Shown here in pieces: positions 28,779-37,564 of a DNA stretch of 64,000 nucleotides. Location of the stretch: NCBI GenBank assembly GCA_033763015.1, contig JANRLA010000131.1:19601-83600 (forward strand), read 5' to 3'. Origin of the DNA: Bacteroidia bacterium (GTDB lineage: Bacteria > Bacteroidota > Bacteroidia > J057 > JANRLA01). Each line of letters begins with the position of its first letter. Position 1 is the stretch's first letter. Below the pieces are notes generated by a model. The model did not search any database, was not told the DNA's origin, and worked only from the letters and a program-made list of their open reading frames with translations. Both the position numbers and the translations under genes were made by a program.

Positions 28779-29399
28779 ATGGAATACCCCAGCAAAAGCC
28801 TGGAAAACCTGATCGAAGCCCTCAACCGGTTGCCAGGCATTGGGCGCAAAACCGCATTTCGGTTGGCCCTGCACCTGCTCAGGGCCCCAGCAGCCGAGAC
28901 CCGTGCCCTGAGCCAAGCCATCGGCCAGCTGCAGGAAACCACCCACTACTGCACTACCTGTGGCAACCTGGCCGATACAACCCAGTGCCGCATCTGTGCC
29001 AACCCACGGCGCCACACAGGTGTCATCTGCGTAGTGGCCGAACCCCAAGACCTGTTGGCCATTGAGCGGACGGGCCAATTCGGCGGCCTGTACCACGTGC
29101 TGGGCGGGGTTATCGACCCCCTGGCCGGGATAGGCCCAGAAGCGCTTAGGGTGGCCCCGTTGCTTGAACGCGCCGCATTGCCCGAAACCACCGAGCTCAT
29201 TTTCGCCCTTAGCACCAGCCTAGAGGCCGAAACCACCGCCTTTTACCTGGCCCGCAAGCTGGAGGGTTACCCCATAACCCTGAGCTACATCGCCCGGGGC
29301 ATACCCGTTGGCAGCGAACTGGAATTTACCGACGAGCTAACCCTGGCCCGTTCGCTACTGCAACGCATACCGTACTCGGCCAAAGCCGCCGGCGAGTAA
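28779..29399 (+). CDS. recR: recombination protein RecR
   Basis: HhH motif (LPGIGRKTAFRLALHLL), the C4 zinc finger CTTCGNLADTTQCRIC and a Toprim domain. Confidence 0.9.
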   Translation: MEYPSKSLENLIEALNRLPGIGRKTAFRLALHLLRAPAAETRALSQAIGQLQETTHYCTTCGNLADTTQCRICANPRRHTGVICVVAEPQDLLAIERTGQFGGLYHVLGGVIDPLAGIGPEALRVAPLLERAALPETTELIFALSTSLEAETTAFYLARKLEGYPITLSYIARGIPVGSELEFTDELTLARSLLQRIPYSAKAAGE

Positions 29400-29407
29400 G
29401 TTTACGC

Positions 29408-29953
29408 ATGGGCAAGCGGCTTAGGCTCCTGGGTACACTCTTGCTGCTGTGCACAACCCTGTGCGGCCAGAAACGCCCCCTGGAGGGGGGCCGCGAACTG
29501 AAAGCCGGTTTTTCGGTAGGCGCCGGGGGGCTGCACTGGTACCTCGGGCCTTCGGCCGAGGTGTACTACCGTTCGCTACGGGTGCACCTGGTACCCGGCC
29601 TCGCCTACGCCGGCGTGGGCGCTGTAGTGCAGTTGGGGCCCGTGTTGCGCAGGCCCGACTGCAACCACCGCCCGTTTTACCTGGCCGTTGGCGTGCTCGA
29701 CGACTGGCTACTGGGCCGGAGCCTTCGGCCCAACGACATCGCCAACCGCACCGTATTCCTAGGCACCCTTGGGCTGCACCACGCGCTTGATGTCAGGGGC
29801 CGCAAGTACCTTGAATACGGTGTAGGGGTACTGCATTGGCGCCGAACCCGAACTGCCGCCGAGGGCAAAACCCCGGGGCTTGAAACCGGCTTTGCGCCCA
29901 TGCTAGAGCTGCGGCTGGGGGGTATCTTCCGTTGGCCGGTGCCCCCACGCTAA
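29408..29953 (+). CDS. hypothetical secreted/outer-membrane-like protein
   Basis: Signal peptide (LLGTLLLLCTTLCGQ) and a Gly/aromatic-rich alternating pattern. No recognisable catalytic motif. Confidence 0.45.
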   Translation: MGKRLRLLGTLLLLCTTLCGQKRPLEGGRELKAGFSVGAGGLHWYLGPSAEVYYRSLRVHLVPGLAYAGVGAVVQLGPVLRRPDCNHRPFYLAVGVLDDWLLGRSLRPNDIANRTVFLGTLGLHHALDVRGRKYLEYGVGVLHWRRTRTAAEGKTPGLETGFAPMLELRLGGIFRWPVPPR

Positions 29954-29968
29954 CGCCGGGGGTGCCAC

Positions 29969-29976
29969 TATATTTG
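29969..29976 (+). promoter_or_regulatory. -7 promoter box TATATTTG
   Basis: Perfect TAnnTTTG, 25 nt upstream of ATG 30002. Confidence 0.5.
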
Positions 29977-30001
29977 TTCACCACCCTACCTACCCTACGC
30001 C

Positions 30002-30439
30002 ATGTTACTGGACGATGTGTACGCCGAATACCGGCACACGCGCAACACTGAATTGACGCGCAGCGAGTTTGAAGAGCTTATGTGCCTCATCCCCGTCATG
30101 TTGGTGGCCGTTAGCGACCAGAACGTAGATACCATCGAGATGGGCTACCTCACGGGCCTGGTGCACGAGCTGACCCTCGAGTTCCACACAGCGGGCAGCG
30201 AAGAAGACATCCACCGGCTCAAAAACCTCTTCCTCGGCGAATTGCAGTACCTGCTGCGCAACATGCGCTATTGGGAAGACAAACTGCTAGGCGCCACGCA
30301 CCAACTGCTGGAGCGCGACGAGGCCCTCAAAAAGCGCGTACGGGTACGTATGCGCGCTGTTGCCGAGAGTTCGGCGGGCATCAACAGTTACGAGCAGCAA
30401 AAAATAAACGACCTGCTCACCCGGCTCCAGATGGCCTAA
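30002..30439 (+). CDS. hypothetical cytoplasmic helical protein (weakly TerB-like)
   Basis: 145-aa all-helical pattern with two acidic D/E-x-x-E segments (SDQNVDTIEMGYL and GINSYEQQKINDL). The family assignment is tentative. Confidence 0.4.
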   Translation: MLLDDVYAEYRHTRNTELTRSEFEELMCLIPVMLVAVSDQNVDTIEMGYLTGLVHELTLEFHTAGSEEDIHRLKNLFLGELQYLLRNMRYWEDKLLGATHQLLERDEALKKRVRVRMRAVAESSAGINSYEQQKINDLLTRLQMA

Positions 30440-30451
30440 GGGTTGCCTGCC

Positions 30452-30474
30452 CCAGGCTCTCGGCTACAGCCTGG
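30452..30474. terminator. 7-bp hairpin between convergent genes (weak terminator candidate)
   Basis: CCAGGCT / AGCCTGG stem with a 9-nt loop that overlaps the kinase stop codon. There is no clear U-tract. Confidence 0.3.
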
Positions 30475-31786
30475 TAGGTATCACCGCCGTAAAAACCGTA
30501 TTACCGGGCTCTGAGACCACCTCGAGTGTGCCCCGGTGGCGGTGGATGATCTTGCGCGAGACGTACAGGCCCAGGCCCGACCCTTGGCCTTCGGGCAGGG
30601 TGGTAAAAAAGGCATCGAAGATCTTGTAGATGATGCGCTGGGGGATGCCGGGGCCCGTGTCGCGCACCTGCACCTGTACAAAGTCGCGGTCCGGTATCTG
30701 TTTTACGCTGATTTCGACGCTGCCACCCCCTGCAACAGCCTGTATAGCATTGAGCAACAGGTGGTTCCACACCTGCTGCAGCTGGTCAGGGTAGCAGGTT
30801 ACCGTAGGCAGGTTGGGCTCGTAAGTGGCATTGAGTTCGATACCGGTGGTGTGCAGGGCTTTGTAGTGCTGCACGACCTGGTCTACGTTCTCGCGCAGGT
30901 CGATGGTGCCGCCTCGCTGGGGGGTAATGTCGTCTTCCAGGTAGCTCTTCAGGGCCAGGATGACCTTTTGGGTCTTCTGGACGGCCGAAACAATGGTTTC
31001 GATGTTGGCCCGTAGGCGCCCGACGGCGATAGCGGCAGGGAGCAAGCGTTCGCTGAAGGGGTCTTTGAGCAAAGTGTGGTAGCGCTCCAACTCCTCGCGG
31101 ATGCCCATCTTGGCCAGCGAGCGGGCCAGTTCGCTGGCGTTATAGATCTTCTTCGACTCGAGCCAGGCTTCAATCTCGTTGCGCAGGCTGCGCTCGCTAC
31201 GGGTGTCTAGTTCGTTGGTACTTGAGGCCTTGGCACGGTCGATGAGCTCGAAAAATGCCGGCTTGAGCCCAGTGGGCATTTCCTTAAAGAGCTCGGGGAA
31301 CGTATCGAGCAGCTGGGGCAGCGACTTGAAAACGTTCTGGCTGGCGGCGTAAATAGCCCCAATCGGGGTATTGATTTCGTGGGCAATGTTGGCAATGACC
31401 GAGCCCAGGGCGCTCATTTTTTCGGTCTTGAGCAGCTCCTCCTGGCTGGCCCTTAGTTCTTCGAGCGCCGTGCGGAGTTCGATGCCGCGTACAAGCAGCT
31501 CTTCTTTCTGGCGGTCTACCTCGCTGTTGGCCAGTTTGAGCCGCTCGTTGCTCTCCAGTAGCTCTTCCTGGGCGGCCTTCAGTTCTTCGAGCGCCGTGCG
31601 CAGGTCAATTTTGTCGACGATCAGTTCATCCCGCTGGACTTCCAGCTTCGCCAGCAGTGCTTCAAGCTTTCTGACCTTCAGGTTTTGTTCCTGCTTTTCG
31701 AGGTGCAGCGCATGGTTCTCTTCCTGGTACCGGTGCACCAACTCCCGCAGCCGTTCAATCTCTTTCTCGGGCGCGCTCGCACTCAT
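30464..31786 (-). CDS. cytoplasmic coiled-coil histidine kinase; orphan
   Basis: No TM helix. Long coiled coil with duplicated LRTALEEL(K/R)A(A/S)QEELL, then H-box NIAHEINTPIGAI, N-box WNHLLLNAIQAV, and G-boxes DTGPGI and GQGSGLGLY. Confidence 0.85.
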   Translation of the reverse strand: MSASAPEKEIERLRELVHRYQEENHALHLEKQEQNLKVRKLEALLAKLEVQRDELIVDKIDLRTALEELKAAQEELLESNERLKLANSEVDRQKEELLVRGIELRTALEELRASQEELLKTEKMSALGSVIANIAHEINTPIGAIYAASQNVFKSLPQLLDTFPELFKEMPTGLKPAFFELIDRAKASSTNELDTRSERSLRNEIEAWLESKKIYNASELARSLAKMGIREELERYHTLLKDPFSERLLPAAIAVGRLRANIETIVSAVQKTQKVILALKSYLEDDITPQRGGTIDLRENVDQVVQHYKALHTTGIELNATYEPNLPTVTCYPDQLQQVWNHLLLNAIQAVAGGGSVEISVKQIPDRDFVQVQVRDTGPGIPQRIIYKIFDAFFTTLPEGQGSGLGLYVSRKIIHRHRGTLEVVSEPGNTVFTAVIPTRL

Positions 31787-31886
31787 GTTCCTACGGTCTC
31801 CCCGTATCAGGGGTGAACTACGAATCTAACCCCTGGCCAGACGTGGTCCTGCCCCTTGTGCGCGCGCAGCAGATTAAATAATTGTG

Positions 31887-32321
31887 CTACTGGCCAAAAT
31901 TCTGGTGGAACAGCTCGATAAACCGCTCGACGTTGGGCTGTAGCGCCGAGACCAGAAAGTAGACCGTATTGTGCCCATCGGCATTGACGTACAGCTCGAA
32001 GTGCAGGTTATCGCCCGTGCCGTTGGCGATGTAGGTAATCTTATCGGTAAGCTGAATGGGGCCAAACTTGCTGTCAACGAACCGCTGCACGACCTCTTTG
32101 CGCAGGTCTACGTGCTTTGTCAGGCTGGCCCTGAAAGCATTGACGAGTTCGCCGTCGCCCAGCGGGGTGCGGGTATCGCGGGCCCCCAGGTGCGTCCAGC
32201 TCACGACCGGCTGACCGGTTTGCCCCGGCTCCAGAATTTCGACGATTTGGCTGATGAGCCGCAGAACATCGGCTTCGGGCACTTCGTTGAGCGAGCAAAA
32301 CTCTACGCTGCGGGTTATCAT
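31887..32321 (-). CDS. hypothetical 144-aa cytoplasmic protein upstream of the kinase
   Basis: ORF with host-like codon usage on the same strand, 100 nt upstream of the kinase. No recognisable motif. Confidence 0.5.
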   Translation of the reverse strand: MITRSVEFCSLNEVPEADVLRLISQIVEILEPGQTGQPVVSWTHLGARDTRTPLGDGELVNAFRASLTKHVDLRKEVVQRFVDSKFGPIQLTDKITYIANGTGDNLHFELYVNADGHNTVYFLVSALQPNVERFIELFHQNFGQ

Positions 32322-32435
32322 AAAGGCGTGTCTAGTCGGGTAAGCTTCGGTAGGCGTGGTTGGCGGTGCCCGCTACAGGGGCACTTCCAAAAGTAGAAGA
32401 TTTTCTGCCAGCATTCTTGCAACTTAGCCCCTGAA

Positions 32436-33374
32436 ATGACGGCTTTCTGGCGTGCCCGCCTGGCCCTCTGGGCAGGCCTTGCCTCAGTAACGGGTGGCTG
32501 CCAAAAAGCGCCTGTCGACTACGTGACCGACTTCCCGTACCGGCACCTGGCCATCGACCACACCCAGTTTGCCGAGGGCCAGCCTGCGGGGCAGCTTGAG
32601 CACCCCGAACTCACCGAGGCCTCGGGGATGGCCGCCAGCGGGCGCTACCCTGGGGTTCTGTGGCTGCACAACGACAGTGGCGATCGGCCGCGGCTCTTTG
32701 CGCTCGACAGCCTAGGGCGTACCCTCGGTGTCGTCACCCTGGCCGCCACCGCCATCGATTGGGAGGCCATTGCCACAGGGCCCGGCCCCGACAGCGCCCA
32801 GAGTTACCTCTACATCGGCGAAATCGGCGACAACAACGCCCGCTACCCCTACCGGGTCGTGTACCGCCTGCCTGAGCCCGACCCCTTCGCCAACGACAGC
32901 CTGCCCAAACGCGTAGACACCCTCTGCTTCCGGTACCCCGATGGGCCCCGCGACGCCGAAACACTACTGCTAGACCCCCTGACGCGCGACCTACTTGTGC
33001 TGAGCAAACGCGAAGACAGCGTACGGGTGTACCGCTTTGCCTACCCCCAGTCGGTTACCGATACCACGGTGCTCGAATACCAAGGCCAGCTGCCCATCCA
33101 GGGTGTATCGGACGGCGCCATAGCCCCCAGTGGCGAGGGCATCTTGCTACGCACCTACCTGCACATCTTTTTGTTCCGGCGCACACAGGGCGAACCGGTT
33201 TACCAGGCGCTGGCACGCACCCCGCTACGCCTGCCCTACCTGCCCAATGAAGGCTACGAGCCTCAGGGTGAAGCCATTACGTGGGACAGCCGTAGCCAGT
33301 GCTACTACACCACCAGCGAGGAATACAAAGGCCAACCGGCGGTGCTCTACCGCTACTGCCCAGTGCCCCGGTAG
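32436..33374 (+). CDS. lipoprotein, beta-propeller-like (YjiK/SdiA-regulated-like) hypothetical
   Basis: Lipobox (SVTGGCQ). TEASGMAAS...LWLHNDSGD and DWEAIA...YLYIGEIGDNN resemble the EASG...NDSG...DxEdI...GDN pattern of SdiA-regulated/phytase-like propellers. Confidence 0.5.
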   Translation: MTAFWRARLALWAGLASVTGGCQKAPVDYVTDFPYRHLAIDHTQFAEGQPAGQLEHPELTEASGMAASGRYPGVLWLHNDSGDRPRLFALDSLGRTLGVVTLAATAIDWEAIATGPGPDSAQSYLYIGEIGDNNARYPYRVVYRLPEPDPFANDSLPKRVDTLCFRYPDGPRDAETLLLDPLTRDLLVLSKREDSVRVYRFAYPQSVTDTTVLEYQGQLPIQGVSDGAIAPSGEGILLRTYLHIFLFRRTQGEPVYQALARTPLRLPYLPNEGYEPQGEAITWDSRSQCYYTTSEEYKGQPAVLYRYCPVPR

Positions 33375-33411
33375 GCGTAACTTGGAAGGGTATTCTTACC
33401 GCTTCAACCCT

Positions 33412-34587
33412 GTGCGCTACCTACCCATTTGCTTGCTCTTACTCGTGGTGCCTGGCCGTGGGCTAGCCCAAGTAGTCCTCACGCCCGCTTCGGTTTCTTC
33501 AAGTTCGTTCCTCAAAACCAGTACCACCAGCTACGACCCCGGGAAAGCCGCCGACGACAACCCCTTTACGTGGTGGACACCCGCCGCGCCCAACAGCAAT
33601 GGCAGCAACAGTTGGCTGCAGCTCGACTTTGAGCAGCCCGTGCGCGTACTGCAAATCGATATCTGGAACGGCAGCCACCACCCCAACTACCCCTCCTACG
33701 GCAACCTCTGGAAGAAGAACCTGCGGCTGCGCCAGGCCAAACTGGAGTTTTCAGACGGCACGACCGAAGAAATCGTGCTCGAGGATGTAGATGCGGTTCA
33801 GCAGATCTCACTCCAACAGGCCCACACCACGACCTACGTTCGGCTCATCCCCAAATCGGTATTCCCGAGCGAGAAGTGGCAAGACCTGTGCATTAGCGAG
33901 TTTGCCGCCGTGGGTTTGGTAGACCCTACCGAGGAAACAAACGAAGGCACACCCACGGTTGAGCCCGAAGATCTGATTGGCGTGTACGTGAACGCAACCG
34001 ACCCCTGCGAAGCCAGCTTTGCCTACATCGTTCGCGACCCGGAAGACCCCAACCGCATCCTATACACCCGCAACTACCTCATGGACGCCGAGCAGGGCGA
34101 ACTCGTTTCGGGCACCTACTCGCCCGAAGAAGGCTACACCTTCCGGCTAAAACCTGCCTACGGCGAGGGCGAGACCTATGAGGCTTCGCTTGGCCCCGAA
34201 TGGACCAACGCGGGCAAAGACCGAGCTAACGAACTGGATCCCCGAAACGAGGATCGCTACAACGTGGCGACAGCTGTAGTAGAAGAAACCTTTTTTAGTT
34301 CCTTCCTGAGCGGTGAGTGGCGCGACGCTGCGGGTAGGCGTGTGGTGTTCGAGCCCGGTGTGATGTACGTAGACGATACCGGCTACGCGATAGCCTTTGA
34401 GCGCTGGAACCTGGCCACCTCCTGCGGCACATTCCAGTTCCGCGAAGAGTCGATTGTGGCCGCCGAGTGGGTCGGCATCAAGTTCCAAGGCGAGAATGCC
34501 TTTACGCTCCACGAACTCAAGTGCGCCGACGACAACCCCGACTGCTGGCTGGAAGAGGCCGTACTGATGGAACTGACCCGTAACTAA
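33412..34587 (+). CDS. secreted discoidin-like (F5/8 type C / glycan-binding) domain protein with C-terminal unknown module
   Basis: GTG 33412 gives the signal peptide MRYLPICLLLLVVPGRGLAQ (TTG 33382 is an alternative). AADDNPFTWWTP...SWLQLDF...VRVLQIDIWNG...YVRLIP...CISEF is discoidin-like. The upstream extension in the ORF track overlaps the previous gene. Confidence 0.6.
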   Translation: MRYLPICLLLLVVPGRGLAQVVLTPASVSSSSFLKTSTTSYDPGKAADDNPFTWWTPAAPNSNGSNSWLQLDFEQPVRVLQIDIWNGSHHPNYPSYGNLWKKNLRLRQAKLEFSDGTTEEIVLEDVDAVQQISLQQAHTTTYVRLIPKSVFPSEKWQDLCISEFAAVGLVDPTEETNEGTPTVEPEDLIGVYVNATDPCEASFAYIVRDPEDPNRILYTRNYLMDAEQGELVSGTYSPEEGYTFRLKPAYGEGETYEASLGPEWTNAGKDRANELDPRNEDRYNVATAVVEETFFSSFLSGEWRDAAGRRVVFEPGVMYVDDTGYAIAFERWNLATSCGTFQFREESIVAAEWVGIKFQGENAFTLHELKCADDNPDCWLEEAVLMELTRN

Positions 34588-34595
34588 GGCTCTGT

Positions 34596-35351
34596 ATGCG
34601 CACGTTTCTGGCCCTCATCGCAACAGCAGTCGGCGCCGCAGGGGTAGCCTTTACCCCCTACGCCGGTTTTGCCCAGTCGCCCAGCGTGGTCTACGACCGA
34701 CTAGGGGTGTGGTACGACGGCGAAAACGACCCCTGCGGCAGCCAGGTCGTGCTGGTCTACCTGGACTACACCTTCGAATTCACCAAGGCCGACCGGGCCC
34801 CGGTGGTACTGATTCAGTTTTACAGCGGGCAGACGGGTGGTGTGGTCAAACAGTGGTCTGAGTCGGAGGCAGGCACCACCGTGGTGTACCAAAACGAGCA
34901 AACGGGCGAGGAAGGTGAGTTTACACTGGGCCCAGGGGCACAGAATGTTGCCCCAACCGAATGGGTTGAAAGCTTACCCGTGCCTGTGCCCAACCCCGAA
35001 CCTGGCGAGCTACCGTGGTCGTATCGGTTTTTACTCCAGGCCCGCGAGTACCTGGGCGACTTTCTGGCCAGGGGCTGGCTAGAGGGTACCTGGGAGGACG
35101 AAAAGCACAACCTGTGGGTCTTTGAAGGTGGTCAACTCCGTATTGGCGAAACCGAGCCAGCCACCTACGCCGTGCTGGCGCCCACCGACCCCAACCTGGG
35201 TTGCCTGTACCTGAAGGTGGACGAAGGCTATTTCTTCGTCGACTTCGACGAGGATTGGCAGGTGCTGCGGCTCTACCCAGCCGAACGCGACGCCGAGGGC
35301 AGTCTCCTGCGGCTACCCGAGCCCGTTGCTACGCTCGCGCGCAACGGGTAG
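34596..35351 (+). CDS. secreted hypothetical protein, paralogous to the C-terminal module of the preceding gene
   Basis: Signal peptide. GVWYDGENDPCGS, FLARGWLEGTWEDEKHNLWVFEGG and ATYAVL align with GVYVNATDPCEAS, FLSGEWRDAAGRRVVFEPG and GYAIAF of the upstream protein. Confidence 0.55.
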   Translation: MRTFLALIATAVGAAGVAFTPYAGFAQSPSVVYDRLGVWYDGENDPCGSQVVLVYLDYTFEFTKADRAPVVLIQFYSGQTGGVVKQWSESEAGTTVVYQNEQTGEEGEFTLGPGAQNVAPTEWVESLPVPVPNPEPGELPWSYRFLLQAREYLGDFLARGWLEGTWEDEKHNLWVFEGGQLRIGETEPATYAVLAPTDPNLGCLYLKVDEGYFFVDFDEDWQVLRLYPAERDAEGSLLRLPEPVATLARNG

Positions 35352-35409
35352 CGGTTGCCCTAGGCCCTCGGGTGCACTACCTTCGGGTAGTCAGTACTAT
35401 CAACCTGCC

Positions 35410-36537
35410 ATGGAAACCACCCTGACCGCCTCCCAAACGCCCGCTGCCGCCGACTTCTTGCCGCTCAAGGGCACCGACTACATCGAGTTCTACGTCGGCA
35501 ACGCCAAACAGGCCAGCCACTACTACCGCACGGCCTTTGGCTTTCAGCCCCTGGCCTACAGCGGGCCCGAAACCGGCCAGCGGCACCACGCCAGCTACGT
35601 GCTGCAGCAGGGCAAGGTGCGCCTGGTGTTCACCACCCCACTGGGGCCGGAGGGGCCGGTGGCCGAGCACATCCGCCGCCACGGCGACGGGGTAAAGGTG
35701 CTGGCCCTGTGGGTAGATGATGCCACAACCGCGTTTGAAGAAACCACCCGCCGCGGGGCCAAGCCCTACCTAAGGCCCATTTCGGATGAAGACGCTTTTG
35801 GGCGCGTAGTGCGCTCGGGCATCCACACCTACGGCGAGACGGTGCACATTTTCGTAGAGCGCACCGGCTACACCGGGCCATTCCTACCCGGCTACCAGGC
35901 CTGGTCGCCCAGCTACCGGCCCGAACCTGTGGGCCTGCTCCACGTAGACCATTGCGTGGGCAACGTGGGCTGGGGCGAAATGAACACGTGGGTAAACTTC
36001 TACGCCCAGGTGATGGGCTTTAACCAGATTATCTCTTTCGACGACACCGACATCAGCACCGAATACAGCGCGCTGATGAGCAAGGTGATGAGCAGCGGCA
36101 ACGGCTACATCAAGTTCCCGATCAACGAGCCCGCCGAGGGCAAAAAGAAAAGCCAAATCGAGGAGTACCTCGACTTTTACGGCGGCCCCGGCGTGCAACA
36201 CATTGCCATTGCCACCGCCGACATCCTGAGCACCGTTGCCCAGTTGCGGGATCGGGGCGTGGAATTCCTGACCGTGCCCGACACCTACTACGACGACCTC
36301 CTGGCCCGGGTAGGGCACGTAGACGAAGACCTGGCCGACCTGCGGCGGCTGAACATCCTGGTAGACCGCGACGACGAGGGCTACCTGCTCCAAATCTTTA
36401 CCAAACCCGTCGAAGACCGGCCCACGCTGTTCTACGAAATCATCCAGCGCAAGGGGGCCAAGAGCTTTGGCAAGGGCAACTTCAAAGCCCTCTTCGAGGC
36501 CATTGAGCGCGAGCAGGCACTACGCGGGAACCTGTAA
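35410..36537 (+). CDS. hppD: 4-hydroxyphenylpyruvate dioxygenase
   Basis: Two VOC domains. Motifs include YIEFYVGNAKQASHYY, HVDHCVGNV, GVQHIAIATADI, and the C-terminal FYEIIQRKGAKSFGKGNFKALFEAIEREQ. Confidence 0.9.
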   Translation: METTLTASQTPAAADFLPLKGTDYIEFYVGNAKQASHYYRTAFGFQPLAYSGPETGQRHHASYVLQQGKVRLVFTTPLGPEGPVAEHIRRHGDGVKVLALWVDDATTAFEETTRRGAKPYLRPISDEDAFGRVVRSGIHTYGETVHIFVERTGYTGPFLPGYQAWSPSYRPEPVGLLHVDHCVGNVGWGEMNTWVNFYAQVMGFNQIISFDDTDISTEYSALMSKVMSSGNGYIKFPINEPAEGKKKSQIEEYLDFYGGPGVQHIAIATADILSTVAQLRDRGVEFLTVPDTYYDDLLARVGHVDEDLADLRRLNILVDRDDEGYLLQIFTKPVEDRPTLFYEIIQRKGAKSFGKGNFKALFEAIEREQALRGNL

Positions 36538-36552
36538 CTGCCATATAGACCG

Positions 36553-36804
36553 CTAGCCGACTAGCGTCTTTACAAACGCTTTGGCTTCTTGCCAGGCGTG
36601 TTCGCCGATCATCTGACGCACATCACTCCTATCGAGGTGGCCCTCAAGAAACTGCTGGTGGGTACACTCGCTGCGACTCTCGAAATCGCCCTGCATGACG
36701 GCCCATTGGCTGATGTGAGTATCGTACACGGTGAGTACTGCATACCCGCTGCTACCCTCGGGTTCGTAGCCCCAACTTTTGAGTATGGTTGGCTCTGTAG
36801 ACAT
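36553..36804 (-). CDS. hypothetical 83-aa protein
   Basis: ATG 36804 lies 12 nt after the methyltransferase stop. Only this distal part of the 169-codon track ORF has protein-like composition. Confidence 0.4.
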   Translation of the reverse strand: MSTEPTILKSWGYEPEGSSGYAVLTVYDTHISQWAVMQGDFESRSECTHQQFLEGHLDRSDVRQMIGEHAWQEAKAFVKTLVG

Positions 36805-36815
36805 GGTGAAGTCAC

Positions 36816-37523
36816 TTACGTCGACCGAATATACACCGTGTTGGCGGGGGTGTGCGCCAGCAGTGTAAAGCCCAGGTCGGCCAGCAGGGCTTCGATGGGC
36901 ACGATGTCGGCGTGGGTCCAGGCCCGGTGGCCGGGCGTGGGCTCGTAGTGGGTTTCCAGGATGAGGGCCCGCACGGGGTAGCGCTGCCAATCGTGGCTGC
37001 GGAGCACGGCCAGTTCGTGGCCCTCGACATCTACCGACAGCAGATCGATAGGGCCCGACCACGCCAGTTGCGCCAGCAGGGCATCGAGCCGCACGAGGGG
37101 CACGCGCTGCACCCGAGTGCCGGGCGCGGGCGGGGCATTCGCGGCCAGGTGCGAGCGGGCATCGGCCACCACGATGTCGGCCACCCCCGGCGAGTCGCTA
37201 ATGGCCGTCTGTACGCACACCACACGGGGGTTGAAGCGGTGTAGGCTCTGCAAGCGCAGAAACTGCTGGGTCACGGGCTCAATGCACACACCGCGGGCCC
37301 CCTGAAGGGCAAACCGGAAGGTATTCGAGCCATTGAAGCCATCGTGGGCCCCGACATCGACAAAGGTCTGCACCCGGCCCAGGGCCGCCTCGGCACGGCA
37401 GTCTTCGGCGTGCTGGCTAAAGCTGCGCGTGGGGTATGCGCCCAGCCGTGCCCGCAGGTAGCGCACCCACCGGGTACGGTTGTACACCGCCTGCCGCAGC
37501 GCTTTGGGTATCAGGGCTTTCAC
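36816..37523 (-). CDS. FkbM-family methyltransferase
   Basis: FVDVGAHDGFNGSNTFRFA...GVCIEP, followed by LLSVDVEGHE, which is typical of the Methyltransf_21/FkbM family. Confidence 0.75.
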   Translation of the reverse strand: MKALIPKALRQAVYNRTRWVRYLRARLGAYPTRSFSQHAEDCRAEAALGRVQTFVDVGAHDGFNGSNTFRFALQGARGVCIEPVTQQFLRLQSLHRFNPRVVCVQTAISDSPGVADIVVADARSHLAANAPPAPGTRVQRVPLVRLDALLAQLAWSGPIDLLSVDVEGHELAVLRSHDWQRYPVRALILETHYEPTPGHRAWTHADIVPIEALLADLGFTLLAHTPANTVYIRST

Positions 37524-37564
37524 GCAGGTGCGAAGGTAGCAGCCCGCACCGCTATCTTGAGGCC

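Noticed and set aside
36805-37062. Upstream 86 codons of the 169-codon ORF 36553-37062
   Set aside because: This part overlaps the 3' end of the FkbM methyltransferase gene in another frame and is Arg/Pro/Gly-rich. Only the distal 83 codons were kept, and at low confidence.
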